This document shows, piece after piece, positions 42,548-52,521 of a DNA stretch of 64,000 nucleotides (position 1 is its first letter; every line of letters begins with the position of its first letter). Location of the stretch: the sequence record PP418987.1; one strand, written 5' to 3'. Both the position numbers and the translations under genes were made by a program. This DNA is from Escherichia phage UPWr_E4. Below the pieces are notes generated by a model that made no database searches, had not been told where the DNA came from, and saw nothing but the letters and a program-made list of their open reading frames with translations.

Positions 42548-43077
42548 TCAAATAATCCAATAATATTGCCAATTCCGGTTATTGGACCATTAGGGCCAGG
42601 AATTGCTAAAGTTGTAGAAATATCATTTGCCCATTTTAAAACAAATGCTGGCATCTCAAGAAAATTAATTTCTTTAACTTCATCATTGACCTTAAGCAAG
42701 CATTTAGATAACATATCGCTCACCGTTAAAAATTGTTCAAATTTTCCAGGAGGTCTAAAATAAAATGTATTTCCTTGGTATTGAAATTCCAATCTTTGAC
42801 ATACATAAACGTCATTAATATCATAAGTATAACCATCTATTTCTTTACGAGATTTAATCTTTCCATTAAATTCCAATAAATGAATAGAAACGAAATCAAC
42901 TTCTGCCGGTGATAAATTCGGACAAATAGAATCAATAAGAAGTTTTAAATTTTCATCAGGACCTTTAACATCTTTTAAAATGTTATAATGTTTAAGACCC
43001 ATCTTAGGAATAGAAACTTCTTTATTACTTATTGGAAGAACTACTTTCTTCAGTGGTAGTATCAGATTTAAATTCAT
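42544..43077 (-). CDS. 28: baseplate hub distal subunit gp28
   Basis: 177 aa; overlaps the gene 27 3' end. Confidence 0.8.
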   Translation of the reverse strand: MNLNLILPLKKVVLPISNKEVSIPKMGLKHYNILKDVKGPDENLKLLIDSICPNLSPAEVDFVSIHLLEFNGKIKSRKEIDGYTYDINDVYVCQRLEFQYQGNTFYFRPPGKFEQFLTVSDMLSKCLLKVNDEVKEINFLEMPAFVLKWANDISTTLAIPGPNGPITGIGNIIGLFE

Positions 43078-44197
43078 TTTTAACCTTAACTGGGTCTATT
43101 GTTTCCAGTTTCGTTGCATTAGTGAACATATATAGATGAGTTACTGAATTATTATTTGATAATTCATGGATAACTTCATCAACGTAAAATTCTGTTTTAA
43201 ATTGGTTTTTACTATCATTAAAAATAATTTTAACACCAGGAGTCAAGTTAAAATTACCGACAGTAGAACATTTAGCATAGCCATCATATTGCGCCATAGT
43301 TTGAAGACGAATAGCTTCTTCATAGCCATTCCTATAAGTCATTTCAGAATAAGCACCTGACCTTGACACTACAATAGAGTTTTCACCCTTTCCTGTAGTA
43401 ATCATTGGCAGTGAAGAATCTAAAAACGAATGAGCATAGATAGTAGCATTTTTCATTGGATCACGTTTATGCGGGTTTGATTTAGTCAACCAAACAAAAT
43501 CATATGCTAATGGATATTTCAATTCTTGGACGAATTGACCTATTAAAGTTGGCTCACCTACAATCATTGGATATGGTTCTTGATTTATCATCATATCATA
43601 GTCCATCATGTTAACTCCCATGATGTCTTGCCATACAAATACAAATTTGTCACTTCCTACAGCTAGAGCAACTTCTCTGACATATGACAAATAGTTTTCA
43701 AATGTGCTAGTCCATGGAATATCAGGAACATAAGCATTTATAGCATTTATTGCTGGAGTTAATAATGTGCGGTCTTGATAAATGACACCAAGCATTTCTT
43801 TTATAGATTCACCTGCATCAGGGAAAAATGGTCTACCAAATTTAAGATTTTCTATAGAATGAATAGTTCCCAATTCAATAGCAATGATGTTATCGCCTTT
43901 TGAATCTACTGACACGGAAAAATGCTTGCATCCATAAATTCGTGTTTTAACATTATTAATATCGTTTGCATTAGCTACAGAAATTTGAATTATTTCATTT
44001 CCATCCATTTTTGTGTGGATATTTTTAGAATCATAAAACTGCAGCATTCCTTCATTTCGACCATAAAGAGAGTCACGCATAGTTAATGTGGTAATAGTAG
44101 CAGCTAATTCAACAAATCTATTATTACTCCAAGCGTCATAACTCTCAAATAATTTAACGCTGAGATTTGGATATCCAGGACGTTGTAACATACTCAT
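43025..44197 (-). CDS. 27: baseplate hub subunit gp27
   Basis: 390 aa; [28 protein letters not shown]... recognised as T4 gp27. Confidence 0.9.
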   Translation of the reverse strand: MSMLQRPGYPNLSVKLFESYDAWSNNRFVELAATITTLTMRDSLYGRNEGMLQFYDSKNIHTKMDGNEIIQISVANANDINNVKTRIYGCKHFSVSVDSKGDNIIAIELGTIHSIENLKFGRPFFPDAGESIKEMLGVIYQDRTLLTPAINAINAYVPDIPWTSTFENYLSYVREVALAVGSDKFVFVWQDIMGVNMMDYDMMINQEPYPMIVGEPTLIGQFVQELKYPLAYDFVWLTKSNPHKRDPMKNATIYAHSFLDSSLPMITTGKGENSIVVSRSGAYSEMTYRNGYEEAIRLQTMAQYDGYAKCSTVGNFNLTPGVKIIFNDSKNQFKTEFYVDEVIHELSNNNSVTHLYMFTNATKLETIDPVKVKNEFKSDTTTEESSSSNK

Positions 44198-44946
44198 TGA
44201 TGTTTATCCTTCTCAATCAGTTTTAATACGAATCCGCGCTCGGCAGGAATCATTTTCATTATTGAATTTAAGCTATAATTACTTTTTACAAGCGTGTGAT
44301 TAATTTGATAAAAAGTAAATATCTCATCTGGATTAACTAATAGCTTAAACACATCTACTATATCAGTGTATTTTTTAATGTACTTATCACAACACGACAT
44401 GTGCAATGTTAAATTAATAGGATTCATTGCATCGAGAATTTTTTCTAATGTTTCTATCTCGATGGCGTCAACAAGTTCTATTTGACTGGACTCGCTAATT
44501 TCCTTCCAATCATACCATATTTCATCTACTTGGACAGAATGAATATTTTCAGTAATCATCTTTGCTTTATTTTCATAAAACTCAGAAGGAAAATTTAATT
44601 TAATTTTAACATTAGCTACATCAAAAACAGGTTCCTTTAATTCTTTTTGATATATTTCAAATGGAACTGTCTTTTCTTTTTTACATTTTGGACATACAAA
44701 TGTGACCGGTACTTTAGTTTTACCTATTGAACCTACAAATACCTGCAAAAATATAAATGGTTGCCAAGTCTTTGGATAGTCTCCAAAATAATCATCAATT
44801 AAATCAGTAATTATTTCTTTTTGTTCTTGTGATGACCGATGTTCTATATCGTTTCGAACTAACAAAAAATCTCGATAATCTTCTACCGTAAATGGTTTAA
44901 AACGATGAACACCATCTGGTAATTTACAACGAATAATGTTTGCCAT
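44194..44946 (-). CDS. 51: baseplate hub assembly catalyst gp51
   Basis: 250 aa with CxxC...CPKC motif; synteny. Confidence 0.8.
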   Translation of the reverse strand: MANIIRCKLPDGVHRFKPFTVEDYRDFLLVRNDIEHRSSQEQKEIITDLIDDYFGDYPKTWQPFIFLQVFVGSIGKTKVPVTFVCPKCKKEKTVPFEIYQKELKEPVFDVANVKIKLNFPSEFYENKAKMITENIHSVQVDEIWYDWKEISESSQIELVDAIEIETLEKILDAMNPINLTLHMSCCDKYIKKYTDIVDVFKLLVNPDEIFTFYQINHTLVKSNYSLNSIMKMIPAERGFVLKLIEKDKHQ

Positions 44947-44963
44947 AGATGCTCCTTTTATTC

Positions 44964-44975
44964 TATTTATAAATA
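44964..44975. promoter_or_regulatory. overlapping divergent late promoters (TATAAATA on both strands) for gene 51 (-) and genes 26/25 (+)
   Basis: tatttataaata: tatttata at 44964-44971 (minus-strand TATAAATA) and tataaata at 44968-44975 (plus strand). Confidence 0.55.
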
Positions 44976-44996
44976 TGATAAATAAAGGAGCTAAAT

Positions 44997-45623
44997 ATGT
45001 ATGAATACAAATTTGATGTGAGAGTTGGTTCTAAAATAATCAACTGTCGCGCATTTACTCTTAAAGAATATCTAGAACTTATTACTGCTAAAAAGAATGG
45101 TTCAGTAGAAGAGATTGTTAAAAAGCTAATCAAAGACTGTACAAATGCAAAAGATTTAAACCGCCAAGAATCAGAACTATTACTGATTCATTTATGGGCG
45201 CATTCTCTTGGAGAAGTTAATCACGAAAACTCCTGGAAGTGCACCTGTGGAACTGAAATACCAACCCATATAAATCTATTACATACACAAATAGATGCAC
45301 CAGAAGACCTCTGGTATACACTGGGTGACATTAAAATTAAATTCCATTACCCTAAAATTTTTGATGATAAAAATATAGCCCACATGATAGTATCATGTAT
45401 AGAAACGATTCATGCTAACGGTGAAAGCATTCCAGTTGAAGACTTAAATGAAAAAGAACTGGAAGATTTATATTCTATCATCACAGAGTCAGATATTGTA
45501 GCTATAAAAGATATGCTTTTAAAGCCTACTGTTTATTTGGCTGTTCCAATTAAATGTCCAGAGTGTGGAAAAACTCACGCTCATGTAATAAGAGGACTCA
45601 AAGAATTCTTTGAGCTATTGTAA
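44997..45623 (+). CDS. 26: baseplate hub subunit gp26
   Basis: 208 aa, same length as T4 gp26. Confidence 0.8.
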   Translation: MYEYKFDVRVGSKIINCRAFTLKEYLELITAKKNGSVEEIVKKLIKDCTNAKDLNRQESELLLIHLWAHSLGEVNHENSWKCTCGTEIPTHINLLHTQIDAPEDLWYTLGDIKIKFHYPKIFDDKNIAHMIVSCIETIHANGESIPVEDLNEKELEDLYSIITESDIVAIKDMLLKPTVYLAVPIKCPECGKTHAHVIRGLKEFFELL

Positions 45624-46021
45624 TGGCAAATATTAATAAGCTTTATTCTGATATTGACCCAGAGATGAAAATGGATTGGAACAAAGACGTTTCAAGATCA
45701 CTTGGATTAAGGTCAATTAAAAATAGTCTTTTAGGAATTATTACAACAAGAAAAGGTTCAAGACCGTTTGACCCTGAATTTGGATGCGATTTATCTGACC
45801 AACTTTTTGAGAATATGACTCCTCTTACTGCTGACACGGTTGAGCGTAATATCGAAAGCGCAGTAAGAAACTATGAGCCACGTATTGATAAATTAGCAGT
45901 TAATGTAATACCGGTTTATGATGATTATACTTTGATAGTAGAAATACGCTTTTCAGTCATCGATAACCCTGATGATATTGAGCAAATAAAACTACAACTG
46001 GCTTCCAGTAATAGAGTATAA
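45623..46021 (+). CDS. 25: baseplate wedge subunit gp25
   Basis: 132 aa; [26 protein letters not shown]... recognised as T4 gp25. Confidence 0.85.
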   Translation: MANINKLYSDIDPEMKMDWNKDVSRSLGLRSIKNSLLGIITTRKGSRPFDPEFGCDLSDQLFENMTPLTADTVERNIESAVRNYEPRIDKLAVNVIPVYDDYTLIVEIRFSVIDNPDDIEQIKLQLASSNRV

Positions 46022-46047
46022 TGCTTCACGTATAAACGTGGTATAAT
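46022..46047 (+). promoter_or_regulatory. MotA-dependent middle promoter for uvsY (TGCTTCA box, 13 nt, TATAAT)
   Basis: atgcttcacgtataaacgtggtataat read directly. Confidence 0.55.
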
Positions 46048-46087
46048 GAATCTAAGTCCATCCAATAACAATTGAATAGAGAACAAT

Positions 46088-46501
46088 ATGAGATTAGAAG
46101 ATCTTCAAGAAGAATTGAAGAAAGATGTGTTTATAGATTCGACTAAATTACAGTATGAAGCAGCTAATAATGTGATGTTATATAGTAAATGGCTTAATAA
46201 GCATTCAAGTATTAAAAAGGAAATGCTTAGAATTGACGCCCAGAAAAAAGTTGCTCTTAAAGCTAAATTAGACTACTACTCGGGACGAGGAGATGGTGAT
46301 GAATTTAGTATGGATCGTTACGAGAAATCAGAAATGAAGACAGTTCTATCAGCTGATAAGGATGTTTTAAAGGTTGATACCTCGTTACAGTATTGGGGGA
46401 TTTTATTAGATTTCTGTAGCGGAGCTCTTGATGCTATTAAATCACGTGGATTTGCTATTAAGCATATTCAAGACATGCGAGCATTTGAGGCTGGAAAATA
46501 A
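46088..46501 (+). CDS. uvsY: recombination mediator UvsY
   Basis: 137 aa; MRLEDLQEELKKDVFIDSTKLQYEAANN... recognised as T4 UvsY. Confidence 0.9.
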   Translation: MRLEDLQEELKKDVFIDSTKLQYEAANNVMLYSKWLNKHSSIKKEMLRIDAQKKVALKAKLDYYSGRGDGDEFSMDRYEKSEMKTVLSADKDVLKVDTSLQYWGILLDFCSGALDAIKSRGFAIKHIQDMRAFEAGK

Positions 46502-46725
46502 TGAGATATAGCATTGATGATGCTTTTAATTATGAAGAAGAATTTGAAACGGAAATTCAATTCTTAATGAAAAAGCATAATCTTAAGCGTCAGGATATTC
46601 GTATCCTGGCCGATCACCCGTGTGGTGAAGATGTCCTTTATATTAAAGGAAAATTTGCCGGATATCTTGATGAATATTTTTATTCTAAAGATATGGGCAT
46701 TGATATGCATATGAGAGTTGTATAA
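46501..46725 (+). CDS. small protein (uvsY.-1-like), function unknown
   Basis: 74 aa ORF translationally coupled to uvsY. Confidence 0.55.
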   Translation: MRYSIDDAFNYEEEFETEIQFLMKKHNLKRQDIRILADHPCGEDVLYIKGKFAGYLDEYFYSKDMGIDMHMRVV

Positions 46726-46753
46726 ATAGATATATAATTCAGAGGAGACAATC

Positions 46754-46921
46754 ATGTCAGATAAGATTTGTGTTGTCTGTAAAACTCCAATCGATTCTGC
46801 ATTGGTTGTTGAAACAGACAAAGGTCCTGTACATCCTGGGCCTTGCTATAATTACATTAAAGAACTACCAGTTTCAGAAAGTTCGGAAGAACAATTAAAT
46901 GAAACGCAACTTTTGCTATAG
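46754..46921 (+). CDS. small cysteine-containing protein (55 aa, uvsY.-2-like), putative zinc-binding
   Basis: GAGGAG RBS, ATG at 46754; MSDKICVVCKTP...HPGPCYNY; TATAAATA at 46721-46728 upstream; below the track cutoff. Confidence 0.45.
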   Translation: MSDKICVVCKTPIDSALVVETDKGPVHPGPCYNYIKELPVSESSEEQLNETQLLL

Positions 46922-46976
46922 TGTGACCTTTAGTCTATAGTTTTGGCCCTTCCTTTTTGGTTGGGCCTTTTTTAAT

Positions 46977-47207
46977 TTAAAAGCTTTCTTCTACTTCATC
47001 GTCTGAATCTTCTAATTCAGCTCTTTTTCCTGCCAAAGCATCTCTCACAGAGATGTCATCAGTATCTTTTAATTCAGTTTCTTTAACTCTTTTCTTATAA
47101 TAAGCTTCAAGCTCTTCTAAACCTTCTAATGTTTGACAAGAGGCAATTTTACCCATAAATTCATCAATAGAAGCTTCATAAAGAAATTGTTTAAATTCTA
47201 GTAACAT
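46977..47207 (-). CDS. uvsW.1: UvsW.1 small protein
   Basis: 76 aa from the ATG at 47207 (minus) with GGAGA RBS; the track start 47219 is a TTG extension. Confidence 0.7.
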   Translation of the reverse strand: MLLEFKQFLYEASIDEFMGKIASCQTLEGLEELEAYYKKRVKETELKDTDDISVRDALAGKRAELEDSDDEVEESF

Positions 47208-47232
47208 CTTTTTCTCCAAAGGGCCGAAGCCC

Positions 47233-48744
47233 TTATAAATTAACTGTTTTCATTACGTAATTAAATTTTTCATCTGCGTAGCGCTGAATACGATCAATGC
47301 CGTGTTTTAAAAGATAGTTCAAGTGAACATATTTCTTTTTAGTATTAGCAGATTTTGGCTTGACACCACAGTCATCTATGAGGTCCCAGACTGTTGCGAT
47401 TGTTTTAGAACCATGCTTACGTAATACACGACCGATTGTTTGTAATACAATGATTTTTGATTTAACACCGTGCGCTAAAACAACGTGATGCAGATTTTTA
47501 ACTGAAATACCAGTAGAAAATACACCATAACTAGCTACTATAATTATTCCTTTACCATTTTCAGCTAAGGTTTTCATTACGTTGCGGGTTTCGGTATCAA
47601 CTTCCCCTGATACGTAATAAACTTTATCGTATTCATTTTTAATTAAATCGAAAATAGCTTTACCGTGCGATACGTGTTTAAACATGACAAAAGCGTTTTC
47701 ATCTTTTTGTGCAAGCTTAATAGCTAATTTAGCGATCCATTTATTTCTTTTACTAAGCCCAGTAATAATTTTTATTTCTTCTTGGTAAGTTTTTCCCTTT
47801 AATTTAGTAGTGAACTCATCGGGATAGCGAAGAAAAATACTATTAATTTTTAACTCAGTTACTTGTCCATCTTCCATTAATTTAGAGGTCGTTACTGGCT
47901 TAAATATTTCACCGAACATTCCAACATACTGCATGATATTGGCTTTGCCATCACGTAATGAACCAGACAAACCGAATTTGAACATGCAGTTATTTAAACC
48001 TGATATGATAGATGAAATACTTTTTCCTGTAGCAAGATGACATTCATCATTCATCATCATTCCAAACTGTGAGAACCATTCTTTCGGTTGTTTTACTACA
48101 GTTTGCCATGTACCAACAACGACCGGTGCATCATTTTTATATTTATCATCTTTTGATGCTCCACCACCGATTTTCTTTATCATTGCATGACTGAATAAAC
48201 GATAGTCAACAAAGTCATCAGCCATCTGAGTTGTCAGAGCAGTTGTTGGAACAATGATAAGAATTTTACCTTCATAATTTTCCAAATAATATCGCGCAAG
48301 CAAAGCTTGAATTAACGATTTACCAGCGGATGTTGGAAGATTAAGAATTCTACGACGATTAACTAATCCTTCGAACACTGCATCTTTTTGATACCAGTGT
48401 GGTTCAATTCTTTTATTTCCTGAATAGATTTCTAATTTAGAAAGCCATTCATCAAAATCTTTTCTTGATAATTCTTCTTTTTCGTTAATTTGTGGGTCAA
48501 TCCAGGCTTTATAGCCAAAGTTATCACAGAACTTTTTAATTTGCCCGACTAAGCCGAATGGAAGAAGACGATTATAATCTAACAGACGGATTCGTCCATC
48601 CCAGTGGCCATATCTGTACTTCGGATTAAAACGATACCCATCAGCTTCAAAGCTAAAGAAATCACGGAGTTCATGAAATGTACTTTCTTCACAATCAATT
48701 CTCACGTGACTAAAATCATAAAAATGTACTTTAATGTCAGTCAT
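47233..48744 (-). CDS. uvsW: DNA/RNA helicase UvsW (SF2)
   Basis: 503 aa; Walker A PTSAGKS and DECH box. Confidence 0.9.
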   Translation of the reverse strand: MTDIKVHFYDFSHVRIDCEESTFHELRDFFSFEADGYRFNPKYRYGHWDGRIRLLDYNRLLPFGLVGQIKKFCDNFGYKAWIDPQINEKEELSRKDFDEWLSKLEIYSGNKRIEPHWYQKDAVFEGLVNRRRILNLPTSAGKSLIQALLARYYLENYEGKILIIVPTTALTTQMADDFVDYRLFSHAMIKKIGGGASKDDKYKNDAPVVVGTWQTVVKQPKEWFSQFGMMMNDECHLATGKSISSIISGLNNCMFKFGLSGSLRDGKANIMQYVGMFGEIFKPVTTSKLMEDGQVTELKINSIFLRYPDEFTTKLKGKTYQEEIKIITGLSKRNKWIAKLAIKLAQKDENAFVMFKHVSHGKAIFDLIKNEYDKVYYVSGEVDTETRNVMKTLAENGKGIIIVASYGVFSTGISVKNLHHVVLAHGVKSKIIVLQTIGRVLRKHGSKTIATVWDLIDDCGVKPKSANTKKKYVHLNYLLKHGIDRIQRYADEKFNYVMKTVNL

Positions 48745-48769
48745 GTCTAAATACCATGTAATAAATATA

Positions 48770-48777
48770 TCTATATT
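48770..48777 (-). promoter_or_regulatory. late promoter (TATAAATA) for uvsW
   Basis: Plus-strand tatttata 26 nt upstream of the uvsW ATG. Confidence 0.5.
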
Positions 48778-48794
48778 TATACTGAGGAAATATT

Positions 48795-49475
48795 ATGATA
48801 GATAAAGATTATATTGCAGAGCTGAAGGCTCTTGATGATAACAAAGAAGCTAAAGCTAAATTAGCTGAATATGCTGAACAGTTTGGTATAAAGGTCAAAA
48901 AGAATAAATCTTTTGATAATATCGTTGTTGATATTGAAGAAGCCCTCCAGAAGCTCGCTAGTGAACCTATGCCGGAGACTGATGGGTTATCTATTAAAGA
49001 CTTAATTGATGCTGCTGATGCTGCAGAGGGGTTAAAATATGACGATGAAGAAGTCAATCCAGAAGCAGCACTTTTGATTGATTCTCCGGTTAAATCTGAC
49101 ATTAAAATTGAAGTAGTAGAAACAGATAAAATTCCTGAAAATACCACTGTTTTAATTGAAGATACTCCTTTTGTTGAAGAAAAATTCGAACAGGCTGTAG
49201 CTGAGATTATTGAATCTGAAAAGCCGTCTGTATTTACTCTTCCGGAAAACTTTAGCCCGAATCTTCAGTTGATTGGAAAAAATCCAGGATTCTGTACTGT
49301 TCCTTGGTGGATTTATCAATGGATTGCTGAAACTCCTGATTGGAAATCTCACCCAACTAGTTTTGAACATGCGTCAGCACACCAAACTTTATTTAGCTTA
49401 ATTTATTACATTAACCGTGACGGATCAGTTTTAATTCGTGAAACACGCAACTCTTCTTTCGTAACATTAAAATAA
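48795..49475 (+). CDS. inh: Inh, inhibitor of prohead protease
   Basis: 226 aa ORF at the T4 inh position next to hoc. Confidence 0.75.
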   Translation: MIDKDYIAELKALDDNKEAKAKLAEYAEQFGIKVKKNKSFDNIVVDIEEALQKLASEPMPETDGLSIKDLIDAADAAEGLKYDDEEVNPEAALLIDSPVKSDIKIEVVETDKIPENTTVLIEDTPFVEEKFEQAVAEIIESEKPSVFTLPENFSPNLQLIGKNPGFCTVPWWIYQWIAETPDWKSHPTSFEHASAHQTLFSLIYYINRDGSVLIRETRNSSFVTLK

Positions 49476-49484
49476 GGATAACTT

Positions 49485-50903
49485 ATGACTTTTACAGTTG
49501 ATATAACTCCTAAAACACCGACAGGGGTTATTGATGAAACTAAGCAGTTTACTGCTACACCCAGTGGTGAAACTGGAGGCGGAACTATTACATATGCTTG
49601 GACTGTAGATGATGCTCCACAAGATGGAGCTGAAGCAACTTTTGATTATGTATTAAAAGGACCTGCTGGACAAAAGACTATTAAAGTAGTTGCAACAAAT
49701 ACAGTTCCAGATACTGATGCTGAAACAGCAGAAGCTACTACAACTATCACAGTTCAAAATAAGACACAAACAACTACTTTAGCTGTAACTCCTGGTAGCC
49801 CTGATGCTGGAGTGATTGGAACTCCAATTGAATTTACCGCTGCCTTAGCTTCACAGCCATCAGGTGCAAACGCTACGTATCAATGGCACGTTGACGGTTC
49901 TCCTGTAGACGAAGCAACTGACGCTACATTCAATTACACTCCTGACACAAGCGGAGTTAAAAAAATCAAGTGTGTAGCTCAAGTAACTGCGGCAGATTAT
50001 GATGCACTAAGCGTTACTTCTAATGAAGTATCATTGACTGTTAATAAAAAGACGCAGACGACTACCTTGGCAGTAACTCCTGATAGTCCTCCAGCTGGAG
50101 TGATTGGAACAGCCGTTGAATTTACTGCTGCCTTAGCTTCTCAACCTGATGGGGCATCTGCTACGTATCAGTGGTATGTAGATGATTCACAAGTTGGTGG
50201 AGAAACTAACTCTACATTTAGCTATACTCCAACTACAAGTGGAGTAAAAAGAATTAAATGCGTAGCCCAAGTAACTGCTGAAAATTACAATGAAAAGGAA
50301 GTTACTTCTAATGAAGTATCATTGACAGTTAATAAGAAGACAATGAATCCACAGGTTACATTGACTCCTCCTTCTATTAATGTTCAGCAAGATGCTTCGG
50401 CTACATTTACGGCTAATGTTACGGGTGCTCCAGAAGAAGCACAAATTACTTACTCATGGAAGAAAGATTCTTCTCCTGTAGAAGGGTCAACTAACGTATA
50501 TACTGTCGATACCTCATCTGTTGGAAGTCAAACTATTGAAGTTACTGCTGTCGTTACTGCAACTGATTACGATAGCAAAACTATTACAGCAGAAGGTCAA
50601 GTTCAGGTAACTGATAAAGTTGCTCCAGAACCAGAAGGTGAATTGCCTTATGTTCATCCTCTTCCACATCGTACTTCAGCTTATATCTGGTGCGGTTGGT
50701 GGGTTATGGATGAAATCCAAAAAATGACCGAAGAAGGTAAAGATTGGAAAACTGAAGATCCAGACAGTAAATACTACCTGCATCGTTACACTCTTCAGAA
50801 GATGATGAAAGACTATCCAGAAGTTGATGTTCAAGAATCACGCAATGGATACATCATTCATAAAACTGCTTTAGAAACTGGTATCATCTATACCTATCCA
50901 TAA
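49485..50903 (+). CDS. hoc: Hoc, outer capsid decoration protein with Ig-like domains (472 aa)
   Basis: MTFTVDITPKTPTGVIDETKQF..., tandem Ig-like modules and conserved capsid-binding C-terminus ...YIWCGWWVMDEIQKM.... Confidence 0.85.
   Translation: MTFTVDITPKTPTGVIDETKQFTATPSGETGGGTITYAWTVDDAPQDGAEATFDYVLKGPAGQKTIKVVATNTVPDTDAETAEATTTITVQNKTQTTTLAVTPGSPDAGVIGTPIEFTAALASQPSGANATYQWHVDGSPVDEATDATFNYTPDTSGVKKIKCVAQVTAADYDALSVTSNEVSLTVNKKTQTTTLAVTPDSPPAGVIGTAVEFTAALASQPDGASATYQWYVDDSQVGGETNSTFSYTPTTSGVKRIKCVAQVTAENYNEKEVTSNEVSLTVNKKTMNPQVTLTPPSINVQQDASATFTANVTGAPEEAQITYSWKKDSSPVEGSTNVYTVDTSSVGSQTIEVTAVVTATDYDSKTITAEGQVQVTDKVAPEPEGELPYVHPLPHRTSAYIWCGWWVMDEIQKMTEEGKDWKTEDPDSKYYLHRYTLQKMMKDYPEVDVQESRNGYIIHKTALETGIIYTYP
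49770..50342 (+). repeat. tandem diverged repeat (2 x about 288 bp) encoding two closely related Ig-like domains of Hoc
   Basis: TTTLAVTPGSPDAGVIGTPIEFTAALASQP... versus TTTLAVTPDSPPAGVIGTAVEFTAALASQP..., about 75 percent amino acid identity by eye. Confidence 0.6.
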
Positions 50904-50998
50904 TCATAATCATAAGGGGCTTCGGCCCCTTTCTTCATTTTGAAAGCACACAAAACATACTCAGAAAATGATGTATATAATGGCATCAACTCGATAAC

Positions 50999-51196
50999 AT
51001 GAGATTGATTATGAGAACTGAGGTTGTGGTGTTTACTCTTCATGAGTCTGGAAAGTCATTCATTGAAATTGCTCGTGAATTAAACTTACAGGCGAAAGAA
51101 GTGGCTGTATTATGGGCTCGAGCTATGACTGCTAAGAATAAATTTGAAACTCGAGAAAAAGTTGTCTATAGAAAAAGACATATTAATAAAAGGTGA
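50999..51196 (+). CDS. small putative helix-turn-helix protein (24.3-like)
   Basis: 65 aa; segment GKSFIEIARELNLQAKEVAVLWAR looks like an HTH. Confidence 0.45.
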   Translation: MRLIMRTEVVVFTLHESGKSFIEIARELNLQAKEVAVLWARAMTAKNKFETREKVVYRKRHINKR

Positions 51197-51199
51197 AAA

Positions 51200-51478
51200 A
51201 TGGAACAGTATGATCTTTATGAAAATGAATCTTTTGCTAATCAATTACGCGAAAAAGCATTCAAAAGTAAACAGTTTAAGCTAGAGTGTTTTATTAAAGA
51301 TTTTTCGGAACTTGCTAATAAAGCAGCTGAACAAGGTAAAACACATTTTAATTATTATTGTATTGCTCGTGATAAATTGATTACTGAAGAAATTGGTGAT
51401 TGGCTGAGAAAAGAAGGATTCAGCTTTAAAGTTAATAGTGATCAGCGTGATGGTGATTGGTTAGAAATTACATTTTGA
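51200..51478 (+). CDS. small protein (24.2-like), function unknown
   Basis: 92 aa ORF. Confidence 0.5.
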   Translation: MEQYDLYENESFANQLREKAFKSKQFKLECFIKDFSELANKAAEQGKTHFNYYCIARDKLITEEIGDWLRKEGFSFKVNSDQRDGDWLEITF

Positions 51479-51487
51479 GGATTAATT

Positions 51488-52492
51488 ATGTTTAAAAAGT
51501 ATAGCAGTCTTGAAAATCATTACAACTCTAAATTTATTGAAAAACTTTATAGCTTGGGATTGACTGGTGGGGAGTGGGTAGCTCGTGAAAAGATTCACGG
51601 CACAAATTTCTCGTTGATTATTGAGCGTGATAAAGTAACTTGCGCTAAACGCACTGGTCCTATTCTTCCTGCTGAAGATTTCTTTGGGTATGAAATTATT
51701 TTGAAGAATTACTCTGATTCCATTAAAGCAGTACAAGATATTATGGAAACTTCAGCGGTTGTATCTTATCAAGTTTTTGGCGAATTCGCTGGACCTGGCA
51801 TTCAGAAGAATGTCGATTATGGCGATAAAGATTTTTATGTATTTGACATTATTGTTACTACAGAAAGTGGTGATGTGACTTATGTCGATGATTATATGAT
51901 GGAATCATTCTGCAATACATTTAAATTTAAAATGGCTCCACTTTTAGGTCGCGGTAAATTTGAAGAACTTATTAAATTGCCAAATGATTTAGATTCTGTC
52001 GTCCAGGATTATAATTTTACGGTAGACCATGCTGGATTAGTTGATGCAAATAAATGCGTTTGGAATGCTGAAGTAAAAGGCGAAGTATTTACCGCTGAAG
52101 GATATGTATTGAAACCTTGTTATCCTTCTTGGATGCCTAATGGCAATCGCGTAGCTATCAAATGCAAGAACTCTAAATTTAGTGAAAAGAAAAAGTCTGA
52201 TAAGCCTATTAAAGCTAAAGTTGAACTGTCAGAAGCTGATAACAAATTGGTTGGAATTTTAGCTTGTTACGTTACACTGAACCGAGTAAATAACGTTATT
52301 TCTAAAATTGGTGAAATTGGTCCAAAAGATTTTGGAAAGGTGATGGGGCTAACTGTTCAAGATATTTTGGAAGAAACTTCTCGTGAAGGTATTACTCTAA
52401 CTCAAGCGGATAATCCTTCTTTGATTAAGAAGGAATTAGTTAAAATGGTACAAGATGTACTTCGTCCGGCTTGGATTGAATTGGTAAGTTAA
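51488..52492 (+). CDS. rnlB: RNA ligase 2
   Basis: 334 aa; [24 protein letters not shown]..., motif I KIHGTN. Confidence 0.9.
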   Translation: MFKKYSSLENHYNSKFIEKLYSLGLTGGEWVAREKIHGTNFSLIIERDKVTCAKRTGPILPAEDFFGYEIILKNYSDSIKAVQDIMETSAVVSYQVFGEFAGPGIQKNVDYGDKDFYVFDIIVTTESGDVTYVDDYMMESFCNTFKFKMAPLLGRGKFEELIKLPNDLDSVVQDYNFTVDHAGLVDANKCVWNAEVKGEVFTAEGYVLKPCYPSWMPNGNRVAIKCKNSKFSEKKKSDKPIKAKVELSEADNKLVGILACYVTLNRVNNVISKIGEIGPKDFGKVMGLTVQDILEETSREGITLTQADNPSLIKKELVKMVQDVLRPAWIELVS

Positions 52493-52498
52493 ATAAAA

Positions 52499-52516
52499 AG
52501 GGACCTTTCGGTCCCT
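52499..52516. terminator. bidirectional hairpin between convergent rnlB (+) and gene 24 (-)
   Basis: agggacc-tttc-ggtccct followed by a T-run. Confidence 0.6.
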
Positions 52517-52521
52517 TTGTT

